Shown one piece after another: positions 41,959-47,755 of a DNA stretch of 64,000 nt. The position numbers and the translations under genes were made by a program. Source of the DNA: a virus (taxonomy: Duplodnaviria; Caudoviricetes). Positions within the stretch are counted from its first letter, which is position 1. Each line of letters starts with the position of its first letter. The stretch lies in the IMG/VR virus record IMGVR_UViG_3300032290_001086. One strand, given 5' to 3'. Below the pieces are notes generated by a model. That model worked only from the letters and a program-made list of their open reading frames with translations. It searched no databases and was not told the origin of the DNA.

Positions 41959-43062
41959 ATGACTGACCAACTGATTGAAAATCTTTCCGCTCTTTACGGT
42001 GAAACTGTTACTCGTCAACAACTAATTGAATATGCTGCAAATTCAAATACTTCTCTTGCAGTAATTTGCAAAACTCTAGAGCCAAATAAAACTGGTCGTG
42101 GAGTTTGGAATTTGACTGTAGCCGAAAAACTTGAAATTAATTTTAATACTATGACTGCATCTCCTGCATCTCCTGCAATCAGCTTCGTCCCCCAAAAAGA
42201 CAAGAATTACGTCTCGTTTGGTAACTTCAGTGATGTAAAGCGAATTGTTAAGTCTGGGATGTTCTATCCTGTTTTTATTACTGGTTTGTCTGGTAATGGT
42301 AAAACCGTAAGTGTCGAGCAGGCTTGTGCTCATCTGAAGCGTGAACTTATTCGTGTCAATATCACTATTGAAACCGATGAGGATGACCTTTTGGGTGGCT
42401 TTCGACTTGTTGATGGAGAAACTGTATGGCATGATGGTCCAGTAGTAAATGCACTGAAGCGTGGTGCTGTTCTGCTGCTTGACGAGATTGACCTTGCTTC
42501 CAACAAGATTATGTGTCTACAGTCTGTCTTGGAAGGTAAAGGTGTTTTCCTCAAGAAAATCAATCAGTACGTAACTCCTACTTCTGGATTCAATGTAATT
42601 GCTACTGCTAACACCAAAGGTAAGGGTTCTGATGATGGTCGCTTCATCGGCACCAACGTGATGAACGAAGCTTTCCTTGAGCGTTTCCCCATTACTTTTG
42701 AGCAACCATATCCTTCGATGGCAACTGAGAAAAAGATTCTCATGAATCTAATGAATACCTTTGAGGTTATCGACGAGGAGTTTGTAGACAAGCTAATTGT
42801 CTGGGCAGATACTATTCGTAAGACCTTCTATGATGGGGGTGTAGATGAAATCATTACCACTCGCCGTCTTGTTCACATCATTCAATCATTTGCGATTTTC
42901 AAGAACCGCAAGAAAGCTATCAATGTTTGTATCAATCGTTTTGATGATGATACCAAGAGTTCTTTCCTAGACCTCTACAAGAATATTGATGCTTCTGCTC
43001 TAGACACCAATGAGGAAAGTGTGGTAGAAACTAATGAAGAAACACTTGACAGTTCTATCTGA
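41959..43062 (+). CDS. cobS: CobS-like MoxR-family AAA+ ATPase
   Basis: Walker A GLSGNGKT, Walker B LLLDEID, and ATANTKGKGSDDGRFIGTNV.NEAFLERF. Confidence 0.88.
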   Translation: MTDQLIENLSALYGETVTRQQLIEYAANSNTSLAVICKTLEPNKTGRGVWNLTVAEKLEINFNTMTASPASPAISFVPQKDKNYVSFGNFSDVKRIVKSGMFYPVFITGLSGNGKTVSVEQACAHLKRELIRVNITIETDEDDLLGGFRLVDGETVWHDGPVVNALKRGAVLLLDEIDLASNKIMCLQSVLEGKGVFLKKINQYVTPTSGFNVIATANTKGKGSDDGRFIGTNVMNEAFLERFPITFEQPYPSMATEKKILMNLMNTFEVIDEEFVDKLIVWADTIRKTFYDGGVDEIITTRRLVHIIQSFAIFKNRKKAINVCINRFDDDTKSSFLDLYKNIDASALDTNEESVVETNEETLDSSI

Positions 43063-43074
43063 TTGATGTATACT
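43046..43074 (+). promoter_or_regulatory. Sigma70 early promoter (TTGACA-N17-TATACT)
   Basis: Near consensus with a 17-nt spacer. Confidence 0.78.
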
Positions 43075-43076
43075 AA

Positions 43077-43101
43077 GGGGAGTTCTTCTCCCCATTTTTT
43101 T
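43077..43101 (+). terminator. Terminator after cobS
   Basis: GGGGAG-ttctt-CTCCCC followed by A and a T7 run. Confidence 0.7.
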
Positions 43102-43122
43102 ATTTTATTGGAGATTTTAATT

Positions 43123-43437
43123 ATGCAATGGAAGTACAATGAAGAAAAAATTCTTAAAGATATTGAGGATTATGTCGTAAGTACTTATGGGAGTCATTAT
43201 TGTGGTCATGATGATGACTATCGTGATGTTCAGACTATTGACCTAATGGCAGCAAAGGGATTAGCACAAGATTTCTGTCAGGCTAATATTTTAAAATATG
43301 GAAGCCGTTATGGGGATAAAGACGGTCATAACAAGCGAGACCTAATGAAAGTGATTCATTATGCTATGCTCCTACTTCACTTCGATAAACACTATTCACG
43401 AACAAACAACGGTCTTCAGGAGTTCAAATCAGTATGA
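43123..43437 (+). CDS. DUF3310 (T7 gp1.7-like nucleotide kinase family) protein
   Basis: HY...QTIDL...FCQANILKYGSRYGDKDG...DLMKVIHY; ATG at 43123 follows GGAG. Confidence 0.7.
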   Translation: MQWKYNEEKILKDIEDYVVSTYGSHYCGHDDDYRDVQTIDLMAAKGLAQDFCQANILKYGSRYGDKDGHNKRDLMKVIHYAMLLLHFDKHYSRTNNGLQEFKSV

Positions 43438-44099
43438 AAATTTCAGATAAAACTAAAAACATTCTAGAAAATTTTTCAGCAATTAATTCTTCTATTGTTG
43501 TAAAAAAAGGAAACCTAATTCAGACTGTTTCTCCACAAAAAAATATTAAAGCTACTTATGAGTGTGATGAAACATTTGATTCGGATTTTGCTTTCTATGA
43601 TTTGCTAGAGTTTCTTCGTGGTCTTACTATTTTGAAAAATCCAGATTTTGATTTTTCAAATGATAAGTATGTAATTATTAGTAGCGGAAATTCTAAGGTA
43701 AAGTATTACTATTGCGACCCATCTCTAATTACTACTAGTGATAAACAGCTCCCAGACCTTCAGACTGATGTAGAATTTCAGTTGTCTGATGACGTTCTCA
43801 ATTCTCTTCTAAAAGCATCGAAGGTGTATCAATTAAATGATATGTCTTTAGTTGGAGATGGAAACGAAATGATGCTAGTAGTATCTGATAGAGAAGATGT
43901 AACTTCCCATAGCTTCTCGGTTGGAGTTGGGAAGACTAATCGAAAGTTTACTGTAAATTTTAAGGTAGAAAATCTTAAAATTGTTCCAGATTCATATACA
44001 GTTAAGATTACATTTCCCAATATTTCTACCTTTATAAGTTCTACGCATAATCTAACTTATCTAATTGCTTTAGAACCAGATTCCGATATTGAGGATTGA
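43434..44099 (+). CDS. gp45: Sliding clamp gp45
   Basis: MKISDKTKNILENFSAINSSI, FAFYDLLEFL, NFKVENLK and YLIALEPDS. Confidence 0.92.
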   Translation: MKISDKTKNILENFSAINSSIVVKKGNLIQTVSPQKNIKATYECDETFDSDFAFYDLLEFLRGLTILKNPDFDFSNDKYVIISSGNSKVKYYYCDPSLITTSDKQLPDLQTDVEFQLSDDVLNSLLKASKVYQLNDMSLVGDGNEMMLVVSDREDVTSHSFSVGVGKTNRKFTVNFKVENLKIVPDSYTVKITFPNISTFISSTHNLTYLIALEPDSDIED

Positions 44100-44104
44100 T
44101 TTTT

Positions 44105-45052
44105 ATGTCTCGTAATGATTTTTTGTGGGTTGAGTCTTACCGACCAACAACAATACAGGATTGTATTCTTCCTTTGGATATTAAAAAATCTTTTGAAGAT
44201 TTTGTTGCCAAAGGAGATATTCCAAACATGTTATTCTCTGGTCCTCCTGGTATCGGGAAGACCACAGTTGCTAAAGCATTGTGTAATGAATTAGGAGTAG
44301 ATTCATATGTTATCAACGGCTCAGATGAAGGAAGGTTTCTCGACACGGTTCGGAACAAAGCAAAAAACTTTGCATCGACCGTATCATTGGAAACAAATGG
44401 TAAACCAAAGGTCATCATTATTGATGAGGCTGACAACACAACCAGCGATGTACAACTCTTACTTCGGGCGAACATTGAGACGTTTCATCGCAACTGTAGG
44501 TTTATCTTCACCTGCAATTACAAAAACAAAATCATCGAACCACTACACTCAAGATGTGCAGTCTTCGATTTCTCTATCCAAGGAAAGAGCAAACCACTCG
44601 TCGCTTCCCAATTCTTTGACAGAGTACGGGAAATCTTGGCTAAGGAGGGTGTTACCTATGATGAAAAGGTAATTGCAGAAGTAATCAATACTTTCTTTCC
44701 AGATTGGCGAAGAATCCTAAATGAACTTCAAAGATATTCTGTTGGAGGAAGTATAGATAGTGGAATCCTAGCAAGTTTTTCTGATATCAATATGAAGAAC
44801 TTAATGGGGTACATGAAAGAAAAAGATTTTTCAAATGTTCGTAAATGGGTAGTTGAGAATTTGGATAATGATGTGAATAGACTTATTCGCATGGTTTATG
44901 AAAAACTTTATGTTACTTTAAAGCCACAATTTATTCCTCAAGCGGTAATAATCTTGGCAAACTATCAATCAAAAGTTCCTTTTGTTGCAGACCAAGAAAT
45001 TAATTTATTGGCTTGTTTCACCGAACTAATGCACGATTGTCAATTTAAATAA
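44105..45052 (+). CDS. gp44: Clamp loader large subunit gp44
   Basis: LWVESYRP, GPPGIGKT, IIIDEAD and LHSRC. Confidence 0.95.
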   Translation: MSRNDFLWVESYRPTTIQDCILPLDIKKSFEDFVAKGDIPNMLFSGPPGIGKTTVAKALCNELGVDSYVINGSDEGRFLDTVRNKAKNFASTVSLETNGKPKVIIIDEADNTTSDVQLLLRANIETFHRNCRFIFTCNYKNKIIEPLHSRCAVFDFSIQGKSKPLVASQFFDRVREILAKEGVTYDEKVIAEVINTFFPDWRRILNELQRYSVGGSIDSGILASFSDINMKNLMGYMKEKDFSNVRKWVVENLDNDVNRLIRMVYEKLYVTLKPQFIPQAVIILANYQSKVPFVADQEINLLACFTELMHDCQFK

Positions 45053-45053
45053 T

Positions 45054-45437
45054 ATGTACGAATTAAAAGATTATCTAAATTCTATAAATCAAACCAAAAA
45101 TAATTTAATGGATGGCGATGTAGAATATGAACGTAAATATAATTCATATGTAATAAACAAATGTTTGTCTGGGTTTTCCGACACAATCTTGTTTGCTAAT
45201 GAAATGAACTATTTCTGGCAACTTGACAAGAAGCTACAATATGATTTTTATATAAATATTATCAGACCAAAGAAAAGGTTCTCTCCTTGGTTAAAAAAGC
45301 AGAATGATAATTCATTAGAACTTATCAAACAATATTATGGATATAACGATGATAAAGCAAAATCTGCATTAAAAATACTTACTAGAGAACAACTTGAATT
45401 TATTAAATCTAAAATGAATCGTGGAGGAAAACAATGA
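45054..45437 (+). CDS. gp62: Clamp loader small subunit gp62
   Basis: DYLNSINQTK...FANEMN...RPKKRFSPW; lies between gp44 and regA. Confidence 0.92.
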   Translation: MYELKDYLNSINQTKNNLMDGDVEYERKYNSYVINKCLSGFSDTILFANEMNYFWQLDKKLQYDFYINIIRPKKRFSPWLKKQNDNSLELIKQYYGYNDDKAKSALKILTREQLEFIKSKMNRGGKQ

Positions 45438-45859
45438 ATACTAGTGACACTGAAGTAGCTTGGTCTCCTGACCAGATGGTTGAAGTGATTTTAAATGAAC
45501 CAGATGACTTTCTAAAAGTTAGAGAAACTCTTACTCGTATTGGCGTAGCATCACGCAAAGAAAAAAAGCTATATCAATCTTGTCATATTTTACATAAGCA
45601 AGGTAGATATTATATTGTACATTTTAAAGAGTTATTTGCTCTCGATGGAAAACGAGCAAATTTATTCCAGAACGATGTACAAAGAAAAAATAGAATTGCT
45701 CAACTTCTTCAAGATTGGGGCCTAGTCAAAATTGTTACTCAAGAACAAGTAGCAGACTCAGCTCCACTAAGTCAAATTAAAGTTCTTTCTTTTAAAGATA
45801 AGAATGATTGGACATTAGAATCCAAATACAATATCGGTAAGAAAAAACAACCAGAATAA
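45434..45859 (+). CDS. regA: Translational repressor RegA
   Basis: DDFLKVRETLTRIGVASRK...LYQSCHILHKQGRYYIVHFKELF. Confidence 0.97.
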   Translation: MNTSDTEVAWSPDQMVEVILNEPDDFLKVRETLTRIGVASRKEKKLYQSCHILHKQGRYYIVHFKELFALDGKRANLFQNDVQRKNRIAQLLQDWGLVKIVTQEQVADSAPLSQIKVLSFKDKNDWTLESKYNIGKKKQPE

Positions 45860-45890
45860 AAAAAGGGGGTCTAAGACCCCCTTTCTTTTT
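45858..45890. terminator. Bidirectional terminator between regA and the convergent minus-strand island
   Basis: A-run, GGGGGTC-taa-GACCCCC stem, then a T-rich run. Confidence 0.88.
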
Positions 45891-45972
45891 ATTTCATCGC
45901 CATTACCAACTGAGCTTGGTATAGGCGATTTTGTTTTTCAATTTGTTTGCGGATAAGATTCAACCAGTTCAT
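45889..45972 (-). CDS. 27-aa amphipathic peptide coupled to the DUF4278-like ORF (not in track)
   Basis: MNWLNLIRKQIEKQNRLYQAQLVMAMK; GGAGGT RBS; ATGA overlap with the upstream stop; ends at the terminator. Confidence 0.65.
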   Translation of the reverse strand: MNWLNLIRKQIEKQNRLYQAQLVMAMK

Positions 45973-46127
45973 TTTGCGACCTCCTGATTTTTACAAGGAC
46001 GGTACGCAACTCCACGATAAGTATTTTGTGGATGTGCTGGAGCATGTGTTTTTGAATACCACTGACGATATTCTTCTTTAGGTGTATCAGTATTATACTT
46101 ACACCCTCTGTAGGTTGCTTGTGACAT
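45969..46127 (-). CDS. DUF4278-like 52-aa protein (not in track)
   Basis: MSQATYRGCKYNTDTPKEEYRQWYSKTHAPAHPQNTYRGVAYRPCKNQEVAK has a duplicated TYRGxxY motif; AAGGAG RBS directly after the riboswitch. Confidence 0.8.
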   Translation of the reverse strand: MSQATYRGCKYNTDTPKEEYRQWYSKTHAPAHPQNTYRGVAYRPCKNQEVAK

Positions 46128-46156
46128 TAGGGGTCTCCTTAATTTTTAGGCTAAAG

Positions 46157-46255
46157 AGCGTTCCTTCAGTCGGCTTTTGCGTCGGTTTCCCGATGAACGA
46201 TCCGTTCCGAGTCGGCTTACTTCCGTTCGCTATTCGAGAATAGCGAATGAACGTA
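46157..46255 (-). ncRNA. Tandem glnA-type glutamine riboswitch (two aptamers)
   Basis: Aptamer 1 (46253-46203): CGUUCAU-[UCGCUAUU/AAUAGCGA]-ACGGAAGUA-AGCCGACU-CG-GAACG. Aptamer 2 (46199-46159): CGUUCAU-[CGG gaaa CCG]-ACGCAAA-AGCCGACU-GAAG-GAACG. Both have the CGUUC/GAACG P1 of the glnA RNA motif. Confidence 0.85.
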
Positions 46256-46277
46256 TTAGTATATATACAGATAAAAC

Positions 46278-46293
46278 TGTAATATTTGATACA
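46278..46293. promoter_or_regulatory. NtcA-binding site TGTA-N8-TACA
   Basis: TGTA atatttga TACA, an exact extended consensus, about 25 nt upstream of the riboswitch 5' end. Confidence 0.7.
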
Positions 46294-46296
46294 ATT

Positions 46297-46617
46297 TTAA
46301 TCCCTTTGTCTCCAATCTTCTGGTTTATCTTCAGTGAAGAAATCTACAATATCATCTACAGTATCAAATCTACCGATTCCTTTTCTTTCGTTTCCAAGTC
46401 CGCCAATATCAAGTTGATTTAAAAAATCATCTAAGTCACCTTCTTGCATATCTGGGTTTTCAGCTTTTCTTCTTGCTTGACGTAAAATTGTTCCTGCAGC
46501 TCTATTTGCTTGTGCCAATTTCTCTGCCCAAATAATATCGTGCAATGACACTTCATTTCCTTGCACGATGTTCTTGCAAATTGCTTCTAGTCTAAGTCGA
46601 TAATTTGTAGAAAGCAT
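46297..46617 (-). CDS. Conserved cyanophage hypothetical protein
   Basis: MLSTNYRLRLEAICK...IIWAEKLAQAN...LDDFLNQL...DWRQRD; AATAAATA late promoter on the minus strand at 46640-46647. Confidence 0.8.
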   Translation of the reverse strand: MLSTNYRLRLEAICKNIVQGNEVSLHDIIWAEKLAQANRAAGTILRQARRKAENPDMQEGDLDDFLNQLDIGGLGNERKGIGRFDTVDDIVDFFTEDKPEDWRQRD

Positions 46618-46697
46618 AATGTGTATACTGATTATACTATATTTATTTTCGGAAATCCGAACTGGACTTTTTGTAAAATGTATATATATAATTGTGA

Positions 46698-46746
46698 AGA
46701 GATGCCAAACGGGTCTCTAAAAACAATTCTCGCTTAACAAGGAGAT
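46698..46746 (+). promoter_or_regulatory. ROSE-like RNA thermometer in the hsp20 5' UTR
   Basis: UCUC(G)CUU-aac-AAGGAGA hairpin pairs a UCGCU motif with the SD and bulges the G. An upstream hairpin AGAGAU-gccaaacgg-GUCUCU precedes it. Confidence 0.6.
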
Positions 46747-46753
46747 TCAGAAA

Positions 46754-47257
46754 ATGAAATTTACCACTCAATCACTAGATTCATTTTGGAACGATTACGC
46801 TCCACTCGCTGTAGGTCTGGATGAAATGTTTAACCGATTAGATGCTATGCAGCATTCGGTAAACGTAAATTATCCGCCCTACAATATCGTCAAACATGAC
46901 AATAGTAACTACACAGTTGAAGTCGCTCTTGCAGGATTTACACCAGAAGAGATTGAAGTCTTTACAGAACAAAACATTCTCACAATTGCCAGTAAAGTTG
47001 AGGAACGAGATACTACAAGACAGTATGTACACCAAGGTCTGTCAAAGCGTTCCTTCACACGTAAGATTCAACTCTCCGATGAACATAGAGTATCCTCTGT
47101 GAATTTTGAGCATGGATTATTATCTGTAGACATCGAAAGAATTATTCCAGAACATCAAAAGAAAACAACTTGGTCTATTCCTGGAGTAAAATCAGATCCT
47201 CAATTTTTGACAGAGGATAGAGATTCAAATTTCCCAGGAGAGAACACAATTAAATAA
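46754..47257 (+). CDS. hsp20: Small heat shock protein (Hsp20/IbpA family)
   Basis: NYPPYNI, EVALAGF, YVHQGLSKRSF, FEHGLL and IIPEHQK. Confidence 0.95.
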   Translation: MKFTTQSLDSFWNDYAPLAVGLDEMFNRLDAMQHSVNVNYPPYNIVKHDNSNYTVEVALAGFTPEEIEVFTEQNILTIASKVEERDTTRQYVHQGLSKRSFTRKIQLSDEHRVSSVNFEHGLLSVDIERIIPEHQKKTTWSIPGVKSDPQFLTEDRDSNFPGENTIK

Positions 47258-47260
47258 ATA

Positions 47261-47330
47261 GACTTGGGAAATCCCCAAATATCGTCGGCACAGACCCACC
47301 CTGGCAACTATCAGGGATTGGGTCTTTTTT
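47261..47330 (+). ncRNA. Candidate small structured late RNA ending in a terminator
   Basis: AATAAATA (47253-47260), then hairpin UUGGG/CCCAA, linker AUAUCGUCGGCAC, a long hairpin AGACCCA-CCCUG..CAGGG-au-UGGGUCU and a U-run; no ORF. Confidence 0.45.
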
Positions 47331-47331
47331 C

Positions 47332-47360
47332 TTGACATCACGGCAGAGATGTGCTAAACT
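47332..47360 (+). promoter_or_regulatory. Sigma70 early promoter (TTGACA-N17-TAAACT, TG extended) for the gp43 operon
   Basis: 17-nt spacer; lies immediately after the terminator. Confidence 0.75.
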
Positions 47361-47389
47361 ACATAGAGATGTCTATTTGGAGTTATCCG

Positions 47390-47755
47390 ATGAATATTAA
47401 ATTAATTCAACTGGTCAATAATGATTATATTATCTGTGAGTATGAAGAGCTAGATGAAGAACCTTCTCTATACATGAAAAATCCATATAGAGTACTAGAT
47501 TTAAGTTATTGGGATTATAATGAACAAGACAAACATTTCCCTCCAGATAATGCAGTGTTTCTACGAACAACTGAAGAAAAAAACATTAAAGATGGAAATG
47601 AATGTGTAACTATTCAAACTGACTATGCTCAATTAGTTAGATACCCTATGTTTACCGAAGATGTAGATATTCTTCTGAATTCTGATAAGATTATGACGAT
47701 TGTTGAACCTTGTTCGGAAATCTTAACCCTTTATACACAACTAATCTCTAAATGA
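47390..47755 (+). CDS. Hypothetical protein upstream of gp43 (possible Sm-like fold)
   Basis: MNIKLIQLVNNDYIICEYEE...KNPY...IMTIVEP; ATG at 47390 follows GGAG. Confidence 0.7.
   Translation: MNIKLIQLVNNDYIICEYEELDEEPSLYMKNPYRVLDLSYWDYNEQDKHFPPDNAVFLRTTEEKNIKDGNECVTIQTDYAQLVRYPMFTEDVDILLNSDKIMTIVEPCSEILTLYTQLISK

Noticed and set aside
45223-45250. TTGACA inside gp62 as an early promoter
   Set aside because: No acceptable -10 at 16-18 nt spacing.
46177-46422. 81-aa + strand ORF in the track
   Set aside because: It has a TTG start and no RBS, and it is the antisense shadow of the riboswitch, NtcA box and 106-aa gene.
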